The notes below the pieces were generated by a model. That model was not told the origin of the DNA. It did no database searches and worked only from the letters and a program-made list of their open reading frames with translations. From Owenia fusiformis (Eukaryota), in contig CAIIXF020000001.1 of assembly GCA_903813345.2 (NCBI GenBank), forward strand, positions 17,608,001 through 17,672,000: a stretch of 64,000 bases of DNA, given 5' to 3'. Position numbers and translations under genes: made by a program. Positions 47,601 to 62,600 of the stretch are shown in pieces (the stretch's first letter is position 1; each line of letters starts with the position of its first letter).

Positions 47601-50600
47601 GTTCAAGTAGCATTGTCTTTTGTGCAGGTTTACTGAATACGTCCCTTTAAAATTGGGTCTTTCGTGGGTTTAAAGGGTCAAAATATTGGAACTTTGCACA
47701 CCGTGGAACGTTTGGGGTGTGTTTCCTTTAATTTGGCAAGAACTGCATCAAATTACTTGATAAGAGAGCAGAAATGTAGCAATTTAGGCTGAAAAGTACT
47801 GTTTTCAATGAAAAAACGAAAATTGCTGACACAGCAAAATTTAGATCGTCGTCTCCAGAATTTTAGGGGTTAATTTGCAAAACTTTAAATGGTCCCATAG
47901 AAACATATGCGAAATATGGCTAAATTCGACATATTTCTCGAAATTCACTAATAAATGTGGTTGATATTAGTGTCATGGTTGACTGAATATGCATTTTATT
48001 CAATATGAATTTTAAAGTTCGGGGTTTTATGAAGTGATATGTACATTTTTGCTCAAATCCCCTCAGCACTTTTGATTCTATAGGGTTCTCTTGACCCCTG
48101 GGGTCATTATATTTTGTGACAATTTATTCCAGACTAAATGTAGTTATTTTGTCATTAAAATATCTTATTAGAGAAACGTTCAGGAAAAGTTGCGCTATCC
48201 ACAAGACTTCTTGTCACTGCACTGATAAATGTAGCAAAATAGTCAAAATAATTCAGCCTTGAGCATGAAATTTTTGAATTTTTGGACAAATTTTGGGCTA
48301 TTTTGGGGGATTTTTGCCCATAACGATACTAATCTACTTAAAACAGCTGTTTAAAGTTGTACAAATTGCTTAAGTGATTTATATTCTCTCATAAGTAGGA
48401 CTATTTGCTACTTTACTAAACTGAACATCATTGATTTTTCGTTTTTCATGAACTTCTGATGGCTAGTTCAAGTAGCATTGTCTTTTGTGCAGGTTTACTG
48501 AATACGTCCCTTTAAAATTGGGTCTTTCGTGGGTTTAAAGGGTCAAAATATTGGAACTTTGCACACCGTGGAACGTTTGGGGTGTGTTTCCTTTAATTTG
48601 GCAAGAACTGCATCAAATTACTTGATAAGAGAGCAGAAATGTAGCAATTTAGGCTGAAAAGTACTGTTTTCAATGAAAAAACGAAAATTGCTGACACAGC
48701 AAAATTTAGATCGTCGTCTCCAGAATTTTAGGGGTTAATTTGCAAAACTTTAAATGGTCCCATAGAAACATATGCGAAATATGGCTAAATTCGACATATT
48801 TCTCGAAATTCACTAATAAATGTGGTTGATATTAGGTAGAAAGCAACTTACTTTTTCACCCATTGGAATACATGTAAAATTGGCAAAGTTCAAATCATAA
48901 TTTCTCAAATCCCAGCCCATCGAATCCTCACATCCATTCAGATCATGTAGTCCTATTCAAAAACTTCCCGTTCGGTTATATGGTGAAAAAAATATCCCAC
49001 GAACGAAAAAAGATTTTGCTACATTTATAAGCGAGCATTGATTTCTGGGCCTGTAAAAAGCACGTAGGACCTGATTACCCCATTGATTTACTGAGACCGC
49101 CAAAAATTTAATTCAATTTTTTGGTTCAAAATAATAATCTGTCAGCGGTCCCTGACACTCCTACTAGCTATCACCAAACATTAATTGCCAATACATGTAC
49201 ACATATACGTGCCATACATCTACAAAGTAGCGAACTAGTGTATTAAGTACTACTTTTCCTATACGATGAGCAAAACAAATCTCAAGTAGGTTATATTGAC
49301 CCTATTAGTGTCATGGTTGACTGAATATGCATTTTATTCAATATGAATTTTAAAGTTCGGGGTTTTATGAAGTGATATGTACATTTTTGCTCAAATCCCC
49401 TCAGCACTTTTGATTCTATAGGGTTCTCTTGACCCCTGGGGTCATTATATTTTGTGACAATTTATTCCAGACTAAATGTAGTTATTTTGTCATTAAAATA
49501 TCTTATTAGAGAAACGTTCAGGAAAAGTTGCGCTATCCACAAGACTTCTTGTCACTGCACTGATAAATGTAGCAAAATAGTCAAAATAATTCAGCCTTGA
49601 GCATGAAATTTTTGAATTTTTGGACAAATTTTGGGCTATTTTGGGGGATTTTTGCCCATAACGATACTAATCTACTTAAAACAGCTGTTTAAAGTTGTAC
49701 AAATTGCTTAAGTGATTTATATTCTCTCATAAGTAGGACTATTTGCTACTTTACTAAACTGAACATCATTGATTTTTCGTTTTTCATGAACTTCTGATGG
49801 CTAGTTCAAGTAGCATTGTCTTTTGTGCAGGTTTACTGAATACGTCCCTTTAAAATTGGGTCTTTCGTGGGTTTAAAGGGTCAAAATATTGGAACTTTGC
49901 ACACCGTGGAACGTTTGGGGTGTGTTTCCTTTAATTTGGCAAGAACTGCATCAAATTACTTGATAAGAGAGCAGAAATGTAGCAATTTAGGCTGAAAAGT
50001 ACTGTTTTCAATGAAAAAACGAAAATTGCTGACACAGCAAAATTTAGATCGTCGTCTCCAGAATTTTAGGGGTTAATTTGCAAAACTTTAAATGGTCCCA
50101 TAGAAACATATGCGAAATATGGCTAAATTCGACATATTTCTCGAAATTCACTAATAAATGTGGTTGATATTAGTGTCATGGTTGACTGAATATGCATTTT
50201 ATTCAATATGAATTTTAAAGTTCGGGGTTTTATGAAGTGATATGTACATTTTTGCTCAAATCCCCTCAGCACTTTTGATTCTATAGGGTTCTCTTGACCC
50301 CTGGGGTCATTATATTTTGTGACAATTTATTCCAGACTAAATGTAGTTATTTTGTCATTAAAATATCTTATTAGAGAAACGTTCAGGAAAAGTTGCGCTA
50401 TCCACAAGACTTCTTGTCACTGCACTGATAAATGTAGCAAAATAGTCAAAATAATTCAGCCTTGAGCATGAAATTTTTGAATTTTTGGACAAATTTTGGG
50501 CTATTTTGGGGGATTTTTGCCCATAACGATACTAATCTACTTAAAACAGCTGTTTAAAGTTGTACAAATTGCTTAAGTGATTTATATTCTCTCATAAGTA

Positions 50601-53600
50601 GGACTATTTGCTACTTTACTAAACTGAACATCATTGATTTTTCGTTTTTCATGAACTTCTGATGGCTAGTTCAAGTAGCATTGTCTTTTGTGCAGGTTTA
50701 CTGAATACGTCCCTTTAAAATTGGGTCTTTCGTGGGTTTAAAGGGTCAAAATATTGGAACTTTGCACACCGTGGAACGTTTGGGGTGTGTTTCCTTTAAT
50801 TTGGCAAGAACTGCATCAAATTACTTGATAAGAGAGCAGAAATGTAGCAATTTAGGCTGAAAAGTACTGTTTTCAATGAAAAAAACGAAAATTGCTGACA
50901 CAGCAAAATTTAGATCGTCGTCTCCAGAATTTTAGGGGTTAATTTGCAAAACTTTAAATGGTCCCATAGAAACATATGCGAAATATGGCTAAATTCGACA
51001 TATTTCTCGAAATTCACTAATAAATGTGGTTGATATTAGTGTCATGGTTGACTGAATATGCATTTTATTCAATATGAATTTTAAAGTTCGGGGTTTTATG
51101 AAGTGATATGTACATTTTTGCTCAAATCCCCTCAGCACTTTTGATTCTATAGGGTTCTCTTGACCCCTGGGGTCATTATATTTTGTGACAATTTATTCCA
51201 GACTAAATGTAGTTATTTTGTCATTAAAATATCTTATTAGAGAAACGTTCAGGAAAAGTTGCGCTATCCACAAGACTTCTTGTCACTGCACTGATAAATG
51301 TAGCAAAATAGTCAAAATAATTCAGCCTTGAGCATGAAATTTTTGAATTTTTGGACAAATTTTGGGCTATTTTGGGGGATTTTTGCCCATAACGATACTA
51401 ATCTACTTAAAACAGCTGTTTAAAGTTGTACAAATTGCTTAAGTGATTTATATTCTCTCATAAGTAGGACTATTTGCTACTTTACTAAACTGAACATCAT
51501 TGATTTTTCGTTTTTCATGAACTTCTGATGGCTAGTTCAAGTAGCATTGTCTTTTGTGCAGGTTTACTGAATACGTCCCTTTAAAATTGGGTCTTTCGTG
51601 GGTTTAAAGGGTCAAAATATTGGAACTTTGCACACCGTGGAACGTTTGGGGTGTGTTTCCTTTAATTTGGCAAGAACTGCATCAAATTACTTGATAAGAG
51701 AGCAGAAATGTAGCAATTTAGGCTGAAAAGTACTGTTTTCAATGAAAAAACGAAAATTGCTGACACAGCAAAATTTAGATCGTCGTCTCCAGAATTTTAG
51801 GGGTTAATTTGCAAAACTTTAAATGGTCCCATAGAAACATATGCGAAATATGGCTAAATTCGACATATTTCTCGAAATTCACTAATAAATGTGGTTGATA
51901 TTAGTGTCATGGTTGACTGAATATGCATTTTATTCAATATGAATTTTAAAGTTCGGGGTTTTATGAAGTGATATGTACATTTTTGCTCAAATCCCCTCAG
52001 CACTTTTGATTCTATAGGGTTCTCTTGACCCCTGGGGTCATTATATTTTGTGACAATTTATTCCAGACTAAATGTAGTTATTTTGTCATTAAAATATCTT
52101 ATTAGAGAAACGTTCAGGAAAAGTTGCGCTATCCACAAGACTTCTTGTCACTGCACTGATAAATGTAGCAAAATAGTCAAAATAATTCAGCCTTGAGCAT
52201 GAAATTTTTGAATTTTTGGACAAATTTTGGGCTATTTTGGGGGATTTTTGCCCATAACGATACTAATCTACTTAAAACAGCTGTTTAAAGTTGTACAAAT
52301 TGCTTAAGTGATTTATATTCTCTCATAAGTAGGACTATTTGCTACTTTACTAAACTGAACATCATTGATTTTTCGTTTTTCATGAACTTCTGATGGCTAG
52401 TTCAAGTAGCATTGTCTTTTGTGCAGGTTTACTGAATACGTCCCTTTAAAATTGGGTCTTTCGTGGGTTTAAAGGGTCAAAATATTGGAACTTTGCACAC
52501 CGTGGAACGTTTGGGGTGTGTTTCCTTTAATTTGGCAAGAACTGCATCAAATTACTTGATAAGAGAGCAGAAATGTAGCAATTTAGGCTGAAAAGTACTG
52601 TTTTCAATGAAAAAACGAAAATTGCTGACACAGCAAAATTTAGATCGTCGTCTCCAGAATTTTAGGGGTTAATTTGCAAAACTTTAAATGGTCCCATAGA
52701 AACATATGCGAAATATGGCTAAATTCGACATATTTCTCGAAATTCACTAATAAATGTGGTTGATATTAGTGTCATGGTTGACTGAATATGCATTTTATTC
52801 AATATGAATTTTAAAGTTCGGGGTTTTATGAAGTGATATGTACATTTTTGCTCAAATCCCCTCAGCACTTTTGATTCTATAGGGTTCTCTTGACCCCTGG
52901 GGTCATTATATTTTGTGACAATTTATTCCAGACTAAATGTAGTTATTTTGTCATTAAAATATCTTATTAGAGAAACGTTCAGGAAAAGTTGCGCTATCCA
53001 CAAGACTTCTTGTCACTGCACTGATAAATGTAGCAAAATAGTCAAAATAATTCAGCCTTGAGCATGAAATTTTTGAATTTTTGGACAAATTTTGGGCTAT
53101 TTTGGGGGATTTTTGCCCATAACGATACTAATCTACTTAAAACAGCTGTTTAAAGTTGTACAAATTGCTTAAGTGATTTATATTCTCTCATAAGTAGGAC
53201 TATTTGCTACTTTACTAAACTGAACATCATTGATTTTTCGTTTTTCATGAACTTCTGATGGCTAGTTCAAGTAGCATTGTCTTTTGTGCAGGTTTACTGA
53301 ATACGTCCCTTTAAAATTGGGTCTTTCGTGGGTTTAAAGGGTCAAAATATTGGAACTTTGCACACCGTGGAACGTTTGGGGTGTGTTTCCTTTAATTTGG
53401 CAAGAACTGCATCAAATTACTTGATAAGAGAGCAGAAATGTAGCAATTTAGGCTGAAAAGTACTGTTTTCAATGAAAAAACGAAAATTGCTGACACAGCA
53501 AAATTTAGATCGTCGTCTCCAGAATTTTAGGGGTTAATTTGCAAAACTTTAAATGGTCCCATAGAAACATATGCGAAATATGGCTAAATTCGACATATTT

Positions 53601-56600
53601 CTCGAAATTCACTAATAAATGTGGTTGATATTAGTGTCATGGTTGACTGAATATGCATTTTATTCAATATGAATTTTAAAGTTCGGGGTTTTATGAAGTG
53701 ATATGTACATTTTTGCTCAAATCCCCTCAGCACTTTTGATTCTATAGGGTTCTCTTGACCCCTGGGGTCATTATATTTTGTGACAATTTATTCCAGACTA
53801 AATGTAGTTATTTTGTCATTAAAATATCTTATTAGAGAAACGTTCAGGAAAAGTTGCGCTATCCACAAGACTTCTTGTCACTGCACTGATAAATGTAGCA
53901 AAATAGTCAAAATAATTCAGCCTTGAGCATGAAATTTTTGAATTTTTGGACAAATTTTGGGCTATTTTGGGGGATTTTTGCCCATAACGATACTAATCTA
54001 CTTAAAACAGCTGTTTAAAGTTGTACAAATTGCTTAAGTGATTTATATTCTCTCATAAGTAGGACTATTTGCTACTTTACTAAACTGAACATCATTGATT
54101 TTTCGTTTTTCATGAACTTCTGATGGCTAGTTCAAGTAGCATTGTCTTTTGTGCAGGTTTACTGAATACGTCCCTTTAAAATTGGGTCTTTCGTGGGTTT
54201 AAAGGGTCAAAATATTGGAACTTTGCACACCGTGGAACGTTTGGGGTGTGTTTCCTTTAATTTGGCAAGAACTGCATCAAATTACTTGATAAGAGAGCAG
54301 AAATGTAGCAATTTAGGCTGAAAAGTACTGTTTTCAATGAAAAAACGAAAATTGCTGACACAGCAAAATTTAGATCGTCGTCTCCAGAATTTTAGGGGTT
54401 AATTTGCAAAACTTTAAATGGTCCCATAGAAACATATGCGAAATATGGCTAAATTCGACATATTTCTCGAAATTCACTAATAAATGTGGTTGATATTAGT
54501 GTCATGGTTGACTGAATATGCATTTTATTCAATATGAATTTTAAAGTTCGGGGTTTTATGAAGTGATATGTACATTTTTGCTCAAATCCCCTCAGCACTT
54601 TTGATTCTATAGGGTTCTCTTGACCCCTGGGGTCATTATATTTTGTGACAATTTATTCCAGACTAAATGTAGTTATTTTGTCATTAAAATATCTTATTAG
54701 AGAAACGTTCAGGAAAAGTTGCGCTATCCACAAGACTTCTTGTCACTGCACTGATAAATGTAGCAAAATAGTCAAAATAATTCAGCCTTGAGCATGAAAT
54801 TTTTGAATTTTTGGACAAATTTTGGGCTATTTTGGGGGATTTTTGCCCATAACGATACTAATCTACTTAAAACAGCTGTTTAAAGTTGTACAAATTGCTT
54901 AAGTGATTTATATTCTCTCATAAGTAGGACTATTTGCTACTTTACTAAACTGAACATCATTGATTTTTCGTTTTTCATGAACTTCTGATGGCTAGTTCAA
55001 GTAGCATTGTCTTTTGTGCAGGTTTACTGAATACGTCCCTTTAAAATTGGGTCTTTCGTGGGTTTAAAGGGTCAAAATATTGGAACTTTGCACACCGTGG
55101 AACGTTTGGGGTGTGTTTCCTTTAATTTGGCAAGAACTGCATCAAATTACTTGATAAGAGAGCAGAAATGTAGCAATTTAGGCTGAAAAGTACTGTTTTC
55201 AATGAAAAAACGAAAATTGCTGACACAGCAAAATTTAGATCGTCGTCTCCAGAATTTTAGGGGTTAATTTGCAAAACTTTAAATGGTCCCATAGAAACAT
55301 ATGCGAAATATGGCTAAATTCGACATATTTCTCGAAATTCACTAATAAATGTGGTTGATATTAGTGTCATGGTTGACTGAATATGCATTTTATTCAATAT
55401 GAATTTTAAAGTTCGGGGTTTTATGAAGTGATATGTACATTTTTGCTCAAATCCCCTCAGCACTTTTGATTCTATAGGGTTCTCTTGACCCCTGGGGTCA
55501 TTATATTTTGTGACAATTTATTCCAGACTAAATGTAGTTATTTTGTCATTAAAATATCTTATTAGAGAAACGTTCAGGAAAAGTTGCGCTATCCACAAGA
55601 CTTCTTGTCACTGCACTGATAAATGTAGCAAAATAGTCAAAATAATTCAGCCTTGAGCATGAAATTTTTGAATTTTTGGACAAATTTTGGGCTATTTTGG
55701 GGGATTTTTGCCCATAACGATACTAATCTACTTAAAACAGCTGTTTAAAGTTGTACAAATTGCTTAAGTGATTTATATTCTCTCATAAGTAGGACTATTT
55801 GCTACTTTACTAAACTGAACATCATTGATTTTTCGTTTTTCATGAACTTCTGATGGCTAGTTCAAGTAGCATTGTCTTTTGTGCAGGTTTACTGAATACG
55901 TCCCTTTAAAATTGGGTCTTTCGTGGGTTTAAAGGGTCAAAATATTGGAACTTTGCACACCGTGGAACGTTTGGGGTGTGTTTCCTTTAATTTGGCAAGA
56001 ACTGCATCAAATTACTTGATAAGAGAGCAGAAATGTAGCAATTTAGGCTGAAAAGTACTGTTTTCAATGAAAAAACGAAAATTGCTGACACAGCAAAATT
56101 TAGATCGTCGTCTCCAGAATTTTAGGGGTTAATTTGCAAAACTTTAAATGGTCCCATAGAAACATATGCGAAATATGGCTAAATTCGACATATTTCTCGA
56201 AATTCACTAATAAATGTGGTTGATATTAGGTAGAAAGCAACTTACTTTTTCACCCATTGGAATACATGTAAAATTGGCAAAGTTCAAATCATAATTTCTC
56301 AAATCCCAGCCCATCGAATCCTCACATCCATTCAGATCATGTAGTCCTATTCAAAAACTTCCCGTTCGGTTATATGGTGAAAAAAATATCCCACGAACGA
56401 AAAAAGATTTTGCTACATTTATAAGCGAGCATTGATTTCTGGGCCTGTAAAAAGCACGTAGGACCTGATTACCCCATTGATTTACTGAGACCGCCAAAAA
56501 TTTAATTCAATTTTTTGGTTCAAAATAATAATCTGTCAGCGGTCCCTGACACTCCTACTAGCTATCACCAAACATTAATTGCCAATACATGTACACATAT

Positions 56601-59600
56601 ACGTGCCATACATCTACAAAGTAGCGAACTAGTGTATTAAGTACTACTTTTCCTATACGATGAGCAAAACAAATCTCAAGTAGGTTATATTGACCCTATT
56701 AGTGTCATGGTTGACTGAATATGCATTTTATTCAATATGAATTTTAAAGTTCGGGGTTTTATGAAGTGATATGTACATTTTTGCTCAAATCCCCTCAGCA
56801 CTTTTGATTCTATAGGGTTCTCTTGACCCCTGGGGTCATTATATTTTGTGACAATTTATTCCAGACTAAATGTAGTTATTTTGTCATTAAAATATCTTAT
56901 TAGAGAAACGTTCAGGAAAAGTTGCGCTATCCACAAGACTTCTTGTCACTGCACTGATAAATGTAGCAAAATAGTCAAAATAATTCAGCCTTGAGCATGA
57001 AATTTTTGAATTTTTGGACAAATTTTGGGCTATTTTGGGGGATTTTTGCCCATAACGATACTAATCTACTTAAAACAGCTGTTTAAAGTTGTACAAATTG
57101 CTTAAGTGATTTATATTCTCTCATAAGTAGGACTATTTGCTACTTTACTAAACTGAACATCATTGATTTTTCGTTTTTCATGAACTTCTGATGGCTAGTT
57201 CAAGTAGCATTGTCTTTTGTGCAGGTTTACTGAATACGTCCCTTTAAAATTGGGTCTTTCGTGGGTTTAAAGGGTCAAAATATTGGAACTTTGCACACCG
57301 TGGAACGTTTGGGGTGTGTTTCCTTTAATTTGGCAAGAACTGCATCAAATTACTTGATAAGAGAGCAGAAATGTAGCAATTTAGGCTGAAAAGTACTGTT
57401 TTCAATGAAAAAACGAAAATTGCTGACACAGCAAAATTTAGATCGTCGTCTCCAGAATTTTAGGGGTTAATTTGCAAAACTTTAAATGGTCCCATAGAAA
57501 CATATGCGAAATATGGCTAAATTCGACATATTTCTCGAAATTCACTAATAAATGTGGTTGATATTAGTGTCATGGTTGACTGAATATGCATTTTATTCAA
57601 TATGAATTTTAAAGTTCGGGGTTTTATGAAGTGATATGTACATTTTTGCTCAAATCCCCTCAGCACTTTTGATTCTATAGGGTTCTCTTGACCCCTGGGG
57701 TCATTATATTTTGTGACAATTTATTCCAGACTAAATGTAGTTATTTTGTCATTAAAATATCTTATTAGAGAAACGTTCAGGAAAAGTTGCGCTATCCACA
57801 AGACTTCTTGTCACTGCACTGATAAATGTAGCAAAATAGTCAAAATAATTCAGCCTTGAGCATGAAATTTTTGAATTTTTGGACAAATTTTGGGCTATTT
57901 TGGGGGATTTTTGCCCATAACGATACTAATCTACTTAAAACAGCTGTTTAAAGTTGTACAAATTGCTTAAGTGATTTATATTCTCTCATAAGTAGGACTA
58001 TTTGCTACTTTACTAAACTGAACATCATTGATTTTTCGTTTTTCATGAACTTCTGATGGCTAGTTCAAGTAGCATTGTCTTTTGTGCAGGTTTACTGAAT
58101 ACGTCCCTTTAAAATTGGGTCTTTCGTGGGTTTAAAGGGTCAAAATATTGGAACTTTGCACACCGTGGAACGTTTGGGGTGTGTTTCCTTTAATTTGGCA
58201 AGAACTGCATCAAATTACTTGATAAGAGAGCAGAAATGTAGCAATTTAGGCTGAAAAGTACTGTTTTCAATGAAAAAAACGAAAATTGCTGACACAGCAA
58301 AATTTAGATCGTCGTCTCCAGAATTTTAGGGGTTAATTTGCAAAACTTTAAATGGTCCCATAGAAACATATGCGAAATATGGCTAAATTCGACATATTTC
58401 TCGAAATTCACTAATAAATGTGGTTGATATTAGTGTCATGGTTGACTGAATATGCATTTTATTCAATATGAATTTTAAAGTTCGGGGTTTTATGAAGTGA
58501 TATGTACATTTTTGCTCAAATCCCCTCAGCACTTTTGATTCTATAGGGTTCTCTTGACCCCTGGGGTCATTATATTTTGTGACAATTTATTCCAGACTAA
58601 ATGTAGTTATTTTGTCATTAAAATATCTTATTAGAGAAACGTTCAGGAAAAGTTGCGCTATCCACAAGACTTCTTGTCACTGCACTGATAAATGTAGCAA
58701 AATAGTCAAAATAATTCAGCCTTGAGCATGAAATTTTTGAATTTTTGGACAAATTTTGGGCTATTTTGGGGGATTTTTGCCCATAACGATACTAATCTAC
58801 TTAAAACAGCTGTTTAAAGTTGTACAAATTGCTTAAGTGATTTATATTCTCTCATAAGTAGGACTATTTGCTACTTTACTAAACTGAACATCATTGATTT
58901 TTCGTTTTTCATGAACTTCTGATGGCTAGTTCAAGTAGCATTGTCTTTTGTGCAGGTTTACTGAATACGTCCCTTTAAAATTGGGTCTTTCGTGGGTTTA
59001 AAGGGTCAAAATATTGGAACTTTGCACACCGTGGAACGTTTGGGGTGTGTTTCCTTTAATTTGGCAAGAACTGCATCAAATTACTTGATAAGAGAGCAGA
59101 AATGTAGCAATTTAGGCTGAAAAGTACTGTTTTCAATGAAAAAACGAAAATTGCTGACACAGCAAAATTTAGATCGTCGTCTCCAGAATTTTAGGGGTTA
59201 ATTTGCAAAACTTTAAATGGTCCCATAGAAACATATGCGAAATATGGCTAAATTCGACATATTTCTCGAAATTCACTAATAAATGTGGTTGATATTAGTG
59301 TCATGGTTGACTGAATATGCATTTTATTCAATATGAATTTTAAAGTTCGGGGTTTTATGAAGTGATATGTACATTTTTGCTCAAATCCCCTCAGCACTTT
59401 TGATTCTATAGGGTTCTCTTGACCCCTGGGGTCATTATATTTTGTGACAATTTATTCCAGACTAAATGTAGTTATTTTGTCATTAAAATATCTTATTAGA
59501 GAAACGTTCAGGAAAAGTTGCGCTATCCACAAGACTTCTTGTCACTGCACTGATAAATGTAGCAAAATAGTCAAAATAATTCAGCCTTGAGCATGAAATT

Positions 59601-62600
59601 TTTGAATTTTTGGACAAATTTTGGGCTATTTTGGGGGATTTTTGCCCATAACGATACTAATCTACTTAAAACAGCTGTTTAAAGTTGTACAAATTGCTTA
59701 AGTGATTTATATTCTCTCATAAGTAGGACTATTTGCTACTTTACTAAACTGAACATCATTGATTTTTCGTTTTTCATGAACTTCTGATGGCTAGTTCAAG
59801 TAGCATTGTCTTTTGTGCAGGTTTACTGAATACGTCCCTTTAAAATTGGGTCTTTCGTGGGTTTAAAGGGTCAAAATATTGGAACTTTGCACACCGTGGA
59901 ACGTTTGGGGTGTGTTTCCTTTAATTTGGCAAGAACTGCATCAAATTACTTGATAAGAGAGCAGAAATGTAGCAATTTAGGCTGAAAAGTACTGTTTTCA
60001 ATGAAAAAACGAAAATTGCTGACACAGCAAAATTTAGATCGTCGTCTCCAGAATTTTAGGGGTTAATTTGCAAAACTTTAAATGGTCCCATAGAAACATA
60101 TGCGAAATATGGCTAAATTCGACATATTTCTCGAAATTCACTAATAAATGTGGTTGATATTAGTGTCATGGTTGACTGAATATGCATTTTATTCAATATG
60201 AATTTTAAAGTTCGGGGTTTTATGAAGTGATATGTACATTTTTGCTCAAATCCCCTCAGCACTTTTGATTCTATAGGGTTCTCTTGACCCCTGGGGTCAT
60301 TATATTTTGTGACAATTTATTCCAGACTAAATGTAGTTATTTTGTCATTAAAATATCTTATTAGAGAAACGTTCAGGAAAAGTTGCGCTATCCACAAGAC
60401 TTCTTGTCACTGCACTGATAAATGTAGCAAAATAGTCAAAATAATTCAGCCTTGAGCATGAAATTTTTGAATTTTTGGACAAATTTTGGGCTATTTTGGG
60501 GGATTTTTGCCCATAACGATACTAATCTACTTAAAACAGCTGTTTAAAGTTGTACAAATTGCTTAAGTGATTTATATTCTCTCATAAGTAGGACTATTTG
60601 CTACTTTACTAAACTGAACATCATTGATTTTTCGTTTTTCATGAACTTCTGATGGCTAGTTCAAGTAGCATTGTCTTTTGTGCAGGTTTACTGAATACGT
60701 CCCTTTAAAATTGGGTCTTTCGTGGGTTTAAAGGGTCAAAATATTGGAACTTTGCACACCGTGGAACGTTTGGGGTGTGTTTCCTTTAATTTGGCAAGAA
60801 CTGCATCAAATTACTTGATAAGAGAGCAGAAATGTAGCAATTTAGGCTGAAAAGTACTGTTTTCAATGAAAAAACGAAAATTGCTGACACAGCAAAATTT
60901 AGATCGTCGTCTCCAGAATTTTAGGGGTTAATTTGCAAAACTTTAAATGGTCCCATAGAAACATATGCGAAATATGGCTAAATTCGACATATTTCTCGAA
61001 ATTCACTAATAAATGTGGTTGATATTAGTGTCATGGTTGACTGAATATGCATTTTATTCAATATGAATTTTAAAGTTCGGGGTTTTATGAAGTGATATGT
61101 ACATTTTTGCTCAAATCCCCTCAGCACTTTTGATTCTATAGGGTTCTCTTGACCCCTGGGGTCATTATATTTTGTGACAATTTATTCCAGACTAAATGTA
61201 GTTATTTTGTCATTAAAATATCTTATTAGAGAAACGTTCAGGAAAAGTTGCGCTATCCACAAGACTTCTTGTCACTGCACTGATAAATGTAGCAAAATAG
61301 TCAAAATAATTCAGCCTTGAGCATGAAATTTTTGAATTTTTGGACAAATTTTGGGCTATTTTGGGGGATTTTTGCCCATAACGATACTAATCTACTTAAA
61401 ACAGCTGTTTAAAGTTGTACAAATTGCTTAAGTGATTTATATTCTCTCATAAGTAGGACTATTTGCTACTTTACTAAACTGAACATCATTGATTTTTCGT
61501 TTTTCATGAACTTCTGATGGCTAGTTCAAGTAGCATTGTCTTTTGTGCAGGTTTACTGAATACGTCCCTTTAAAATTGGGTCTTTCGTGGGTTTAAAGGG
61601 TCAAAATATTGGAACTTTGCACACCGTGGAACGTTTGGGGTGTGTTTCCTTTAATTTGGCAAGAACTGCATCAAATTACTTGATAAGAGAGCAGAAATGT
61701 AGCAATTTAGGCTGAAAAGTACTGTTTTCAATGAAAAAACGAAAATTGCTGACACAGCAAAATTTAGATCGTCGTCTCCAGAATTTTAGGGGTTAATTTG
61801 CAAAACTTTAAATGGTCCCATAGAAACATATGCGAAATATGGCTAAATTCGACATATTTCTCGAAATTCACTAATAAATGTGGTTGATATTAGGTAGAAA
61901 GCAACTTACTTTTTCACCCATTGGAATACATGTAAAATTGGCAAAGTTCAAATCATAATTTCTCAAATCCCAGCCCATCGAATCCTCACATCCATTCAGA
62001 TCATGTAGTCCTATTCAAAAACTTCCCGTTCGGTTATATGGTGAAAAAAATATCCCACGAACGAAAAAAGATTTTGCTACATTTATAAGCGAGCATTGAT
62101 TTCTGGGCCTGTAAAAAGCACGTAGGACCTGATTACCCCATTGATTTACTGAGACCGCCAAAAATTTAATTCAATTTTTTGGTTCAAAATAATAATCTGT
62201 CAGCGGTCCCTGACACTCCTACTAGCTATCACCAAACATTAATTGCCAATACATGTACACATATACGTGCCATACATCTACAAAGTAGCGAACTAGTGTA
62301 TTAAGTACTACTTTTCCTATACGATGAGCAAAACAAATCTCAAGTAGGTTATATTGACCCTATTAGTGTCATGGTTGACTGAATATGCATTTTATTCAAT
62401 ATGAATTTTAAAGTTCGGGGTTTTATGAAGTGATATGTACATTTTTGCTCAAATCCCCTCAGCACTTTTGATTCTATAGGGTTCTCTTGACCCCTGGGGT
62501 CATTATATTTTGTGACAATTTATTCCAGACTAAATGTAGTTATTTTGTCATTAAAATATCTTATTAGAGAAACGTTCAGGAAAAGTTGCGCTATCCACAA

